From NCBI GenBank assembly GCA_964443295.1, contig CAYUCH010000002.1, forward strand, positions 13,374 to 77,373: a stretch of DNA of 64,000 nucleotides, given 5' to 3'. The notes under the pieces are model-generated. The model was not told the origin of the DNA. It ran no database searches and saw nothing but the letters and a program-made list of their open reading frames with translations. Numbering within the stretch: position 1 is the stretch's first letter; each line of letters opens with the position of its first letter. Origin of the DNA: an uncultured Desulfobulbia bacterium (lineage in GTDB: Bacteria; Desulfobacterota; Desulfobulbia; Desulfobulbales; CG2-30-60-27). The translations under genes and the position numbers were made by a program. This document shows positions 18,148-27,840 of this stretch, one piece after another.

Positions 18148-19069
18148 GCTGATTCAAACCCAAGTGTGCCGTTCCCAACCAAAACCAGGTTTCCCAGTCT
18201 TCTGGATTGAACTCGACTAAAGACGCAACTTGAACAATGGCTTCTTCAAAGTCTCCTCGGGCAATCATTTTTTTAACATACAAAAAAGGATCCGGAGGAT
18301 CCTGTTCTACAGGAGCAGCCATTGACTGAGCTGCAGGAGGTGAAGTTGCAGAAGACTGCTCAATCAACGGTGGATCTTCCACATGGTTTGAGCCCTGGTC
18401 CAGAGTAGATGGCTCCATCGCCTCATTTGCAACAACTAACACTGCAGACTCAGCATATACTGGTTGCTGAATATCGCCCGGAGCCTCATCTTCCTGAACA
18501 CCGGTTTTTTCTTCAATTGGAGAACCTGACGAAGAGACATCTATTGACAGATGGTCTTTTTGATATTCAGTACCTGTGGATATATGCTCATTTTCCGAAA
18601 CCACAACTGGCATAGTCTGTGTGGTGTTAACAGTAGTAATAAATTCCTGTGCTCCCTCTTTATCACCAGCAACCAGCGTGTCCGAGGTGCTTTTAACGAC
18701 AGGCTCCCCTTGGACCACGGCTTCATTTATGACCTGCTCCCCGGCCACATGATCCATACCACCTGTACTCCCACTCTCCTCAAGGGGCCTCGGCTCAGGT
18801 TGTGGTTGAGCTATGAACACAGGCGAATCTTGTTGAAAACCCTGCAAATACATGAAAAGTCCGCCACTCAAAACCACTAATACAAACAATCCGGCAGCAA
18901 GAAACAGCCATGTTCTTTTCCAAGATCTTTTCTGTGAATAATCTTCAAAGGAAGGAATTATTCCGGAATCGGGCATCCCATTATCGCCACTGACACTACT
19001 TGTGGTGCCATTTTCATCTTCTTTCTTTTTTTCCTGCAGGCGATTCAGCGCCTCTTCCACAATACTCAT
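18056..19069 (-). CDS. MshN-like protein, 5' portion: N-terminal TM, acidic low-complexity linker and first TPR. The reading frame breaks near 18125-18147.
   Basis: 337 aa. A TM helix (WLFLAAGLFVLVVLSGGLFMYL) is followed by GDFEEAIVQVASLVEFNPEDWETWFWLGTAHLGLNQLAEA and then a non-TPR tail. It lies downstream of the ExeA/MshM-like gene. Confidence 0.6.
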   Translation of the reverse strand: MSIVEEALNRLQEKKKEDENGTTSSVSGDNGMPDSGIIPSFEDYSQKRSWKRTWLFLAAGLFVLVVLSGGLFMYLQGFQQDSPVFIAQPQPEPRPLEESGSTGGMDHVAGEQVINEAVVQGEPVVKSTSDTLVAGDKEGAQEFITTVNTTQTMPVVVSENEHISTGTEYQKDHLSIDVSSSGSPIEEKTGVQEDEAPGDIQQPVYAESAVLVVANEAMEPSTLDQGSNHVEDPPLIEQSSATSPPAAQSMAAPVEQDPPDPFLYVKKMIARGDFEEAIVQVASLVEFNPEDWETWFWLGTAHLGLNQLAEATRPYMGSTCNCGPATGETSSRLAITL

Positions 19070-19089
19070 ATCTTCACTTCCCAGCTGAT

Positions 19090-19911
19090 CTATTTGAACT
19101 CCCTGGCGGCCCGCATCACAATTCGCGATCCAATGCGCCTTTGCCCAGAGGCAAAGGCAGCCAACACAGCACGATCACATATTTGATTAATCCTTCTTGG
19201 CACTCCTTTACTTAATCGGTGCAGAACAAATAAAGCGCGAGAGTTAAAAAACAGGGGCTCCCTTTTGCTTGGTTTCCTCGCAGTTTGCAAGCGGTGCCGC
19301 ACGTAACTCCGGGTTTCTCGAAAGTTGAATGGCTTCAGGTGATAACGAACACTGATTCTTTGTGCCAGTGGACGCATTTCCTTTGTGGCCAGGGTTCGAT
19401 CAAGCTCTGGCTGACCAACCAGGAGAAGGTACATGAGCTTTTCCTTCTCTGTGTCTAAATTTGAAAGAAGACGCAAACCCTCCAGTAACTCAGGTGTCAG
19501 GCGATGAGCTTCATCAACTAATACTGCTGCTTTTTTGCCCTCTTCCCCCATTTTCAGAAGCGCATCATAAATAGCCCGGTGCATTTGCCCGTCAGACATC
19601 CCGTCCAAGGCCTCGCCGGTAAGATCGTAATGAATAGAGTTAAGAAGGTCGGTAAGGCTTTGCTGGGGATTAAAAATATAGGCCGTCTTGATACCTACGG
19701 GCGCACCGCGAAGAAGTTGCCGACACAAGAGAGTTTTGCCCAATCCCACCTCACCGGTCAAGAGGGTAAAGCCACCACTTGCCAAGGCAAACTGCAAATG
19801 CTTCAAGGCTTTCAGGTGATGGCTGCCGGGAAAGAAAAAATCCGTATCCGGGGTCAAACTAAAAGGCGGTTCGGCAAATCCCAATTCATCGTAGCAGGAA
19901 TTTAAATCCAT
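19090..19911 (-). CDS. ExeA/GspA/MshM-like AAA+ ATPase (pilus cluster 1)
   Basis: Reads PFSLTPDTDFFFPGSHHLKALKHLQFAL...LLTGEVGLGKTLLCRQLL and VLVDEAHRL, with Walker A and B motifs. The length (273 aa) is typical of MshM. Confidence 0.85.
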   Translation of the reverse strand: MDLNSCYDELGFAEPPFSLTPDTDFFFPGSHHLKALKHLQFALASGGFTLLTGEVGLGKTLLCRQLLRGAPVGIKTAYIFNPQQSLTDLLNSIHYDLTGEALDGMSDGQMHRAIYDALLKMGEEGKKAAVLVDEAHRLTPELLEGLRLLSNLDTEKEKLMYLLLVGQPELDRTLATKEMRPLAQRISVRYHLKPFNFRETRSYVRHRLQTARKPSKREPLFFNSRALFVLHRLSKGVPRRINQICDRAVLAAFASGQRRIGSRIVMRAAREFK

Positions 19912-19995
19912 ACATTGCCTGAAGAAATTAAATTTTTTGGTTTAGAGCAGTAGACAGAAGGCGGTCTTCGGTCAACAAGGACTAGCATGCTCTGG

Positions 19996-21525
19996 TTAAT
20001 CTTCGATAATTCGGGGTGCGAGGAAGACAACGAGCTCTCTTTTTACTTTAGAATTGTAAGTACCCTTAAATAATGTACCTACCAAAAACAAATCACCTAA
20101 AAACGGCACCTTTCTTTCGGTATCAGACAACTCATCCTGAATCAAACCACCAAGTACTGCCATTTCCCCATTCCGACAGCGGATTAATGTGGAAGATTGT
20201 TTCACATCAAGCACCGGCGCTGTTGATCCCAATGGTGATTCAACCTTATCAACCAGACGAGTAATAATGGGAACAACGTTGAGAATAACCCAATCATCTT
20301 CCGATATCTGAGGTGTGATGGAAAGGACCACTCCCACGGTTACTGTATTACGTGTTTCCGTAACAGTTCGATCTCCAGTGTCTTCATCTTCCTCTGACTC
20401 AAGGATAAAAAACGATTGCTCAGTACCTACCTTTATCATGGCTGGCTGATTATTGAGAGTCCTGATCCGGGGCTGAGAAACAACTTTAACTTGGCCTTGC
20501 TCTTTCAGGGCATTTAAGACTGCATCCAAATCGTCACCACTGTATGCAATATTCAGAGTGGCCGTTTTGGCACTTGTGCCACCCACAGGATTAGATACGG
20601 AGGCAGAAGCGGATAAAATTGCATTGCCCAAATCAACTCGGGACCAATCAATCCCAAGGCTCGAGTCATCGGTCAAAGTCACCTCAACAATTTTCACTTC
20701 GATTTCAACTTGCCGGTGTAACGCTGCTCCCACCGCATTTATGTACGACTCGATGGTAACAATATTCCTGTGCCTGTCGGTAATTTGAATAGTGCCTGAC
20801 AGTTTATTAATAACCAACAAACCCTCGTCTGACATGAGTGATTCCAGTTGGTCACCAAATTCTTCCCAAAAAGAAATCTCGTCCTCTTCGCCCAAATGAA
20901 TGGAACCAGCAGATTCACCACTGCTGCTTGATGTGCCGGATGAAACCGTTGCCTGACTCGATCCTTTACCAGAACGCTTAAGACGAATGTAGTCTATTGA
21001 AAATGTCCTGGTCTCCATTAAATGAACCCGAATGAGTCCTTCATCTTCTTCCCAGTAGCAGCCATGGATATCAAGAATCGCCTCCATGGCATTTTTTAAC
21101 GGTAGATCACGAAAATTCACATTCACGGCACCTACAACGTCGGGATCCACTATAATGTTAAGCTGATACGTTTTGGCAAACAAAGCCAAGGCATCGGGCA
21201 GGGTCATATTATCAGCCCGAAACCTATATAGAGGGCCGACATCCTTTTCATCGGGCAGAGGAGGTTCGTCCTGCTCCAATGCCAGAGAAAGTCGATCGGT
21301 TAAATCAAGTGTATATGCAAGAGTTTTTTCTTTATCAACTGAATCAGTGGCACGACCAGCCTGGTTTTTTTTGCATGTATGTGGAAACTTCTTCTTTGCA
21401 GTGACTTTTTGCCCCGGCGTTTCTGGCGAAACAGTTGGTTCGGTAACTGTCATACAGCCGGACAATAGCCCCACCAAAAAAAGACACAAACACAGATTGG
21501 TTATGATGCGCTTATTGTTTTTCAC
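19996..21525 (-). CDS. Lipoprotein secretin (MshL/PilQ-like), pilus cluster 1
   Basis: Has a lipobox (LVGLLSGC), an N0-like block (MTLPDALALFAKTYQLNIIVDPDVVGAVNVNFRDLPLKNAMEAIL) and a secretin C-domain ending in VPFLGDLFLVGTLFKG. Confidence 0.9.
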   Translation of the reverse strand: MKNNKRIITNLCLCLFLVGLLSGCMTVTEPTVSPETPGQKVTAKKKFPHTCKKNQAGRATDSVDKEKTLAYTLDLTDRLSLALEQDEPPLPDEKDVGPLYRFRADNMTLPDALALFAKTYQLNIIVDPDVVGAVNVNFRDLPLKNAMEAILDIHGCYWEEDEGLIRVHLMETRTFSIDYIRLKRSGKGSSQATVSSGTSSSSGESAGSIHLGEEDEISFWEEFGDQLESLMSDEGLLVINKLSGTIQITDRHRNIVTIESYINAVGAALHRQVEIEVKIVEVTLTDDSSLGIDWSRVDLGNAILSASASVSNPVGGTSAKTATLNIAYSGDDLDAVLNALKEQGQVKVVSQPRIRTLNNQPAMIKVGTEQSFFILESEEDEDTGDRTVTETRNTVTVGVVLSITPQISEDDWVILNVVPIITRLVDKVESPLGSTAPVLDVKQSSTLIRCRNGEMAVLGGLIQDELSDTERKVPFLGDLFLVGTLFKGTYNSKVKRELVVFLAPRIIED

Positions 21526-21542
21526 CGCCTTTTACTTCCCCC

Positions 21543-21998
21543 TTATTTAACATCTTGAAAAACAAGCACTTCTTCACCCTTAGGCCCCATCAGCCTGACA
21601 GCATCAACTCCAATTGCGATTACTGTATACTCTTCAAGAGGATCTCCCTCGCCCACTATACTATAGCCGTCAATCGAGGCAAACCGTCTTTCACCATCAA
21701 CCACAATTGCCTGCAATGCAAAGCGTTCCTGCAAGGCCCCGGTTCCTTTTCTATCAAGCCCTTTTATAACTGAGCCCGTTCTGGTACGAGTTTTCTTGGG
21801 AGACAAAAAAGCACTGGTCCGAATAGGCAAAGATGGTTTATCTTCCCGAAGTTCTATTTCAAGAATTCTATCCGGCAAGGGAAGAGTATTAACAGCAGGC
21901 AAACGATGAGCAGGTATCATGCTGGTCCCGAATTTTATTACAACCCAAAAGACCAGGCAAGCACCTGCAATTGTTGTATATGGCAAATAAGCTTTCAT
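21543..21998 (-). CDS. MshK/PilP-like inner-membrane pilus assembly protein (cluster 1)
   Basis: An N-terminal TM helix is followed by a C-terminal beta domain (LQAIVVDGERRFASIDGYSIVGEGDPLEEYTVIAIGVDAVRLMG). The start overlaps the upstream stop (ATGA). Confidence 0.6.
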   Translation of the reverse strand: MKAYLPYTTIAGACLVFWVVIKFGTSMIPAHRLPAVNTLPLPDRILEIELREDKPSLPIRTSAFLSPKKTRTRTGSVIKGLDRKGTGALQERFALQAIVVDGERRFASIDGYSIVGEGDPLEEYTVIAIGVDAVRLMGPKGEEVLVFQDVK

Positions 21999-22429
21999 AT
22001 ATTCCAGAAAATCACCATCTTCTCACCTTTAAAAGACAGGTGAAGCTCCGATGGATGGTCTGCTGTTTTCCCAGGTTTATCTTCCAATTCAAATGATTCA
22101 AGGTAAAAAAAGCCATCACTTTCATAAGTGGAGACTAAAATTTCGCGTAACATGCCAATCTGATCTTCTGAAAAACCAGCCTCAAGATCAACGGGTTCTC
22201 TCTGTAAAGAAGCATCAGCCTTCAGGTCTATTTTCTTGAGCGCTTCTTCATACACCACTATATCTGTACGCAATCGCTGTAATTCTTGTTCAAGATTTAC
22301 AACCTTTTGCAGATCATTGTTCATACGGTTTAGTCTGGCTGTTCCATACCAGAACAGTAACAGTGAACAAAACAGCACAATTGCTGCCATAGATTGAAGC
22401 TGCCATGTCTTTCTTTCAAAAATCGACAT
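21995..22429 (-). CDS. MshJ/PilO-like bitopic pilus assembly protein (cluster 1)
   Basis: A TM helix (AAIVLFCSLLLFWY) is followed by a coiled coil (NNDLQKVVNLEQELQRLRTDIVVYEEAL). It lies between the platform and MshK-like genes. Confidence 0.55.
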   Translation of the reverse strand: MSIFERKTWQLQSMAAIVLFCSLLLFWYGTARLNRMNNDLQKVVNLEQELQRLRTDIVVYEEALKKIDLKADASLQREPVDLEAGFSEDQIGMLREILVSTYESDGFFYLESFELEDKPGKTADHPSELHLSFKGEKMVIFWNI

Positions 22430-22470
22430 AAATACTCTCGGTGATCAGAAATCTTCTCTCAATAACTCCA

Positions 22471-23679
22471 CTATAAATTCAGGTTCCCCAACATTCCGTA
22501 CAGTGGGCCCATGAGCGCGATAATAAAAAATATAAATATGGCACCAGCCACGCCCAAAATGAGCGGCTCCAAAGTTTTGCCAATAATGTCCACCAAGGCT
22601 TTTACCCTGGCAAAATAAATGGTGGCCAACTTGTCCATCTGATCTTCCAGATTACCGGTTTGTTCGCCAATCCCAACCATGCGACAGGCCATCAGTTCAA
22701 TGACCTCGGTCTCTTTAAAACTATCATACAGAGATGTTCCACCTCGAATACTCTCTGTAATATCCTGTACTTTTGACATAAGGAAAGTATTTGACAATGC
22801 TCCTGCCGTGGTTTTCAAGGCATTGGCGATAAGGACACCGGCCCTGATCATCAACGAAAGATACTGAAAATAAAAGGCGGTCTGGGATCCCCTGATAATG
22901 GTTCCGGCAATGGGCATATGCCATAAAATCCGATCGGTAATGAGCCTGAATTTTTTAAATCCCCTCCCCACGGTCAAACCAATGGGAATACTGACACCAA
23001 TCAGAATTATTGCCAGCCAATTGGCTGTTAAAAAATTACTTATAGAAATCAACAATTTCGTTGCAGGAGGAAGCGCCACCCCCATACCCTGAAATAATTC
23101 TATAAGTTGCGGTAGAACAAAAGCAATCCAAAACACCATGGCACCGATGATGGCAAACAAGGTGAAACATGGATAGATCATGGCCCTTTTTGTGGCAGAT
23201 TTGATCTCCTCAATTCGCTCAATATGTATACCTGCGTCACTCATCATACGGTCTAATGTTCCACTTTCTTCACCAATTTGGGCCATATGGATGACTATTT
23301 CCGGGAAAATTCCAGTCTGTTTTAAAGCCACAGAAAAATGCTGCCCCTCATTGAGCTGACTCTGAATAAGCTGCAAGGCCTTTTTAAAAGCAGGTACTTT
23401 TGTGGTATCAGCCATATCGGTCAATGCGGCATGAATAGAAATACCGCCCCCCAGATACAGGGCCATATTATTGCAGAATTCGGCAATCTCAAGGGGCTTA
23501 ACCTTTGCCGAAGTGTGTTTAGCCATCCACCCAAAAATATCGGGCAGGGTGATGACATGGCTCAGCCATTCCTGGCGAGTTGCCAGAAAGCGGTCAAGGG
23601 ATTCCAGGCTGTCGAACTGACCGCTCCCCTTCTTAAGCTCACCTGTGTGTGAAACCGCCTGAAAGATGTAAAATGGCAT
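22471..23679 (-). CDS. Type IV filament platform protein (GspF/PilC/MshG family), cluster 1
   Basis: 402 aa. The N-terminus reads MPFYIFQAVSHTGELKKG, followed by two T2SSF repeats with three TM segments. Confidence 0.9.
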   Translation of the reverse strand: MPFYIFQAVSHTGELKKGSGQFDSLESLDRFLATRQEWLSHVITLPDIFGWMAKHTSAKVKPLEIAEFCNNMALYLGGGISIHAALTDMADTTKVPAFKKALQLIQSQLNEGQHFSVALKQTGIFPEIVIHMAQIGEESGTLDRMMSDAGIHIERIEEIKSATKRAMIYPCFTLFAIIGAMVFWIAFVLPQLIELFQGMGVALPPATKLLISISNFLTANWLAIILIGVSIPIGLTVGRGFKKFRLITDRILWHMPIAGTIIRGSQTAFYFQYLSLMIRAGVLIANALKTTAGALSNTFLMSKVQDITESIRGGTSLYDSFKETEVIELMACRMVGIGEQTGNLEDQMDKLATIYFARVKALVDIIGKTLEPLILGVAGAIFIFFIIALMGPLYGMLGNLNL

Positions 23680-23764
23680 ATTCTAACCAGCGCCCCGAAA
23701 ACTCAATCCAAAACAAAGCTTAATTATTACTCAATCTGCCAATATCCGCATGGTGGATTCTTTA

Positions 23765-25390
23765 TTATTTTACAACCCGCATAAACTCGGCAATATCCGT
23801 CCTGCCACCTTCAATAAGAGCCAATGCTGATTGACGCAGGTTGGTCATTCCCTTTTCCATGCCCATATTAGCAATCTCATGAGGAGATCCACCTTCGGCT
23901 ATGAGGACCTTTATTTCATCATCAACCTCTAAGACCTCCCCCACAACCATCCGACCTATATACCCAGTTCCCCGACAGCGTTCACAGCCGACCCTTGAGA
24001 ATTGTTTCTCCCCCTGTAAATCAAAAAATTTCTTGTCCTCGAGAGTCAAATCGACCTCTTCTTTACAGAATGGGCATAATTTTCTGATTAAGCGTTGGGC
24101 AATAACCCCGGAAAGAGTAGATGATAGCATAAAATCTCCCAACCCTAAATCCCGCAATCTTGCCACCGCGCCTGGTGCATCATTAGTATGCAGGGTGGAA
24201 AAGACAAGATGGCCGGTTAGTGCTGCACGGCTTGCCAAAATAGCCGTTTCCTCATCGCGGATCTCACCGATAAGAATAACATCGGGGTCCTGCCGCAGAA
24301 AACTCTTAATTGCCGAAGCAAACGTCACACCTGCCTTGACATTGACCGCCACTTGATGAACCAGGGACATTTGATATTCTATGGGATCCTCGATGGTCAT
24401 TACATTTTTTTCCATGGAATTGACCTTACGAAGAACACTATATAGTGTGGTTGATTTACCTGAGCCTGTGGGTCCCGTGGCCAAAATCATGCCATAGGGC
24501 GCACTTGTCAATCTGGTGACCTGGTCCACCTGATCCTGACTGAAACCCAAGTCTTCCACGGGTATCATACCGCTCCCACCGACCAACACACGAATTACCA
24601 AGTTTTCTCCGTGGGGTGTCGGAATGGTGGAAACACGCAGGTCATAGTTTTCCCCAAGAAACTCAAACGACGTTCGACCATCCTGAGGACGATTCTGGTC
24701 TGCAATATCCATGTCGGAAATAACTTTGAATGAGGCAACCAAACGAGAATGGCATACCTGGGGCAAGGTATAAGTAAGTTGCAAAACACCATCGATACGA
24801 TACGAAACCAAGGTAGCAAAACTAGTTGGGCTGATATGTATATCAGAAGACCCGTTTTCAATCGCTGTTGAAAGGAGAAGCTCGGAAAGTTGTTCAGCGG
24901 AAAAATTTCGATCAGCTTGGGCATCCATGCCGATCTGCTCGACTTCCGCCTGAATGGGATGGTCAGCAAGGTAATAAAGCTGTTCTATTTTCCGGCGCAG
25001 CTCCCCTTCCGGTGCAACTGAAAGAGATAGAGGGAATCGAGAAAACCGCTCCATATTGGAAAGCATCCTGGAATCAAAAGGATCCCCAACTGCCACCACA
25101 AGCTCTCCTTCCACAAAGTCAAATGGAAGGATATTTGACTTCTGGGCAAAATTGAAGGGGATCTGGCCCAAGATTTTTTTATCAGGGGTTGCTCCTTTTA
25201 AATCAGTAAAGGGGAAGCCTGCCTGGTTTGCCAAGACACTAGCGACCTCACTATCAGTCACAAAACCAATGCGCAGAAGAGTTTCACCCAACCGTTCACC
25301 GGTGGTTTTCTGCACCTTCAAGGCATAGACAATCATTTCCTCAGTAATGATGCCGGCTTCTTTTAAAAGCGTTCCTATAGGTTTTCCCAT
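23765..25390 (-). CDS. Type IV pilus assembly ATPase (GspE/PilB/MshE family) with a tandem MshEN-type N-terminal motif, cluster 1
   Basis: Has Walker A (GPTGSGKSTTLY) and a tetracysteine motif (CPFCKEE...CERCRGTGYIGR). The N-terminus reads PIGTLLKEAGIITEEMIVYALKVQ-KTTGE-RLGETLLRIGFVTDSEVASVLANQ. Confidence 0.92.
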   Translation of the reverse strand: MGKPIGTLLKEAGIITEEMIVYALKVQKTTGERLGETLLRIGFVTDSEVASVLANQAGFPFTDLKGATPDKKILGQIPFNFAQKSNILPFDFVEGELVVAVGDPFDSRMLSNMERFSRFPLSLSVAPEGELRRKIEQLYYLADHPIQAEVEQIGMDAQADRNFSAEQLSELLLSTAIENGSSDIHISPTSFATLVSYRIDGVLQLTYTLPQVCHSRLVASFKVISDMDIADQNRPQDGRTSFEFLGENYDLRVSTIPTPHGENLVIRVLVGGSGMIPVEDLGFSQDQVDQVTRLTSAPYGMILATGPTGSGKSTTLYSVLRKVNSMEKNVMTIEDPIEYQMSLVHQVAVNVKAGVTFASAIKSFLRQDPDVILIGEIRDEETAILASRAALTGHLVFSTLHTNDAPGAVARLRDLGLGDFMLSSTLSGVIAQRLIRKLCPFCKEEVDLTLEDKKFFDLQGEKQFSRVGCERCRGTGYIGRMVVGEVLEVDDEIKVLIAEGGSPHEIANMGMEKGMTNLRQSALALIEGGRTDIAEFMRVVK

Positions 25391-25409
25391 ACTCGACTAC
25401 CGCACCAAT

Positions 25410-27062
25410 TTATATATCCCCGGCCATGGCAACGAGAGAAGATGAAAAAGTTGCCACACCATCATCACCATGGGTATTAGGTGTAAAAATCAAGTTACTG
25501 TTGGACAAGGTTGTCTTCTTGCTGAGTTCCTTGACAAATTGAACTGAAAGCTTCTTTGTCTCTTCATAATCCCCTTTGATGAGAGCCGATATTTCGACCT
25601 CAAATCCTTCATTTCCGCCGGAAGCTTGCTCATCTGGAGGTGGTGCAAATTTCGATCGACTAAAGGCGCCGCCGGAACCACCATCTTCTTCACCAGAGCC
25701 AATAGGTTTAGGTTTGATGGCCAATTTCTTGATCACAATCCCAGGGGGTGTCTCATTACTGATCCAAGCCAAAAAATGGTCTACCCGTAGCTCACTCTTC
25801 TCTCGCTCCGAAAGATCAATTATTGTTTGTAATGTATCCAGGGTTTTTGGATCAGGGATGCGCGGAGAAAGAGCACCCATTCCTTGCGAAATGTTGGTTA
25901 TACGGCTTTGAAATTCATCCTTCATTGAAACAGCCTTATACAATCGATATCCACCTAGTGAAGCCAGCATTACACTGCAACAAAAAATTAAAATTGCCAC
26001 CGGCAGTGCAAATTTATAGGCCTTTATACGATGTTGATAGGCGGAATCGAGAAAATTCAATGATGACGACACGAAAGGTAAGCCAAAAACTTCCGGATAA
26101 AACAAAGGCCTAAGACAAGGTTCATCTGCAGGCTGCTGCGTTGTATATAACGCTGCCAGTTTGTCCTCCAACTCTTGCGACGAATCTATAGCATCAGGCG
26201 GAGCCAAATCATCAAGGGTTGGCATGTCTGGCTGGCTGGGAGCTGACTCCAGTTCCAGCGGTTGTTCTTCAAGCACCGGAGTATCTGGCTGTATTTCTTC
26301 CTGAATTTCTTTCGGCTCGTCACCTGCCGGTCTTGGAAAAGATGGATGGAGAGAACCGAGCTTGAGCCGTAAGAAAACATCCATCCGGGCATGTCTGGCG
26401 GACATTTCCATGGCGCGCTCACCGGCATCCAGCATATTCTGGTAGGGATTATCTTTAATAGAATCCCTATATAATGCAATGTCCGGATCCACCTGATCCA
26501 CTCGCCTGGCCAGGACGCTGCCCTTTTCAACAAGTATACTGAGAAAAGACTCACCACCAGCCCAAAAGACAATAACCGGTTCATCAGTTGCCTGGGCAAC
26601 CAGAGCGGCAATGGAATTTTCCAGGGTGACCAGCAAACCGGCAGGCTGTTCTTCTATATTAAGGTCTTCGCAGGATTGGGTGAAATCGGATTCAGGAATG
26701 GCCACCATGTCGGTCTGCATGCGTTTTTCAATCTTAGACACAACATGGCACCGCACCCGATAGGGCTCAGTAAAAACGGACTCGCCGTCTACAAAACGGC
26801 GGGCCGCCATCTGCAGCATGCTTTCTTTTGGAGCAGCCAGTTCCGAGCGTTCGATATAACAGAGTTTTGATAAAAATGAGAAGCGCCGGTCTTTACCGGG
26901 CAATTGGGACAATTCATTAACACTGCATGTCCCTTCTGTGATGATGGAATTGCCTTTCAGACAGGCATAGCGGGCAACCGGCTCAGTCTGCTCTTGATCG
27001 CCGGAGCTTGGATCAATGGAAACAAGGAGTGTTTCCCCCAGTGAAAAATCCAGTTTTGCCAT
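25410..27062 (-). CDS. MshI-like PilM/PilN fusion protein (cluster 1)
   Basis: 550 aa with a cytoplasmic domain, an acidic P/E-rich linker, one TM helix (LPVAILIFCCSVMLASLGGY) and a periplasmic C-terminal domain. It is the first assembly gene after the pilin. The assignment rests on architecture and context, so the similarity is weak. Confidence 0.55.
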   Translation of the reverse strand: MAKLDFSLGETLLVSIDPSSGDQEQTEPVARYACLKGNSIITEGTCSVNELSQLPGKDRRFSFLSKLCYIERSELAAPKESMLQMAARRFVDGESVFTEPYRVRCHVVSKIEKRMQTDMVAIPESDFTQSCEDLNIEEQPAGLLVTLENSIAALVAQATDEPVIVFWAGGESFLSILVEKGSVLARRVDQVDPDIALYRDSIKDNPYQNMLDAGERAMEMSARHARMDVFLRLKLGSLHPSFPRPAGDEPKEIQEEIQPDTPVLEEQPLELESAPSQPDMPTLDDLAPPDAIDSSQELEDKLAALYTTQQPADEPCLRPLFYPEVFGLPFVSSSLNFLDSAYQHRIKAYKFALPVAILIFCCSVMLASLGGYRLYKAVSMKDEFQSRITNISQGMGALSPRIPDPKTLDTLQTIIDLSEREKSELRVDHFLAWISNETPPGIVIKKLAIKPKPIGSGEEDGGSGGAFSRSKFAPPPDEQASGGNEGFEVEISALIKGDYEETKKLSVQFVKELSKKTTLSNSNLIFTPNTHGDDGVATFSSSLVAMAGDI

Positions 27063-27198
27063 AAATTTAAAGTGCAGTTATTACTGAATTTACCTGACGT
27101 TAAAAACCAATTTGAAACTTAACTGTGTCAATAAAACATACTTTCACATAAAGCACACGCTTTTTTAGGGAAATACAGGGAGTTAGCATTATAAATAA

Positions 27199-27239
27199 AA
27201 ATAAGCATGCTGCCTTTAAATTTGACAGCATGCTTATTT
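27199..27239 (-). terminator. Rho-independent terminator/attenuator downstream of the cluster 1 pilin
   Basis: A perfect 14-bp stem (AAATAAGCATGCTG / CAGCATGCTTATTT) with a 13-nt loop. On the minus strand it is followed by TTTTATTTAT. Confidence 0.75.
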
Positions 27240-27258
27240 ATTGTTGACCAAAAACTAT

Positions 27259-27840
27259 TTACAGCAGGATGTAAACCTGTCCAATATTAGCACTGGCTGG
27301 GACATAGTTTTCGCTGGCCACAACTGAACCAGTATTACGATCGCCATCATCTAATTTGAGGTCAATTTCAAGAGCCACTTCCCAAGGCAGGTTGTCAAGT
27401 CGGAACCAATGGTTGGTAGGAGTAGCAGGACCAGGAGGATTCACCCAGTAAAGCCAAATCTGATCGCCAAAAGCATGGGCCAAATAATCGGTAGTGCCAT
27501 TATATGAACCTGAAATGAACCCAGCCAGCTGCAAATCTTCGTACAACATGAATGCCTCGGCAGGATTATTTATCTGTCCATTTCTATTGCCTTCATTCCC
27601 ATCACCATCAGGAATACCTGCCATATTTTCATCACCAGGCAATTGACCATACCGATCATAAAAGCCCATGGTCGCTGCCCGTAATCCGTCAATAGTACTA
27701 ATAATATTTTTCACTCTCGCCTGCTGAACCAAAGCCTGTCCTTTCAATACACCGCCCAAGAGCAGACCGATAATGACCAGAACAATGGCGATCTCGACAA
27801 GAGTAAAACCTCTCTCATCTTTCTGTTTCAGGTACTTCAT
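27259..27840 (-). CDS. Type IV pilin / pseudopilin (prepilin-type N-terminus), presumed major subunit of cluster 1
   Basis: I prefer the ATG at 27840 (AAGGGGG Shine-Dalgarno upstream), giving MKYLKQKDERG|FTLVEIAIVLVIIGLLLGGVL. This is the class III signal with Glu5. The gene is followed by a strong terminator. Confidence 0.85.
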   Translation of the reverse strand: MKYLKQKDERGFTLVEIAIVLVIIGLLLGGVLKGQALVQQARVKNIISTIDGLRAATMGFYDRYGQLPGDENMAGIPDGDGNEGNRNGQINNPAEAFMLYEDLQLAGFISGSYNGTTDYLAHAFGDQIWLYWVNPPGPATPTNHWFRLDNLPWEVALEIDLKLDDGDRNTGSVVASENYVPASANIGQVYILL

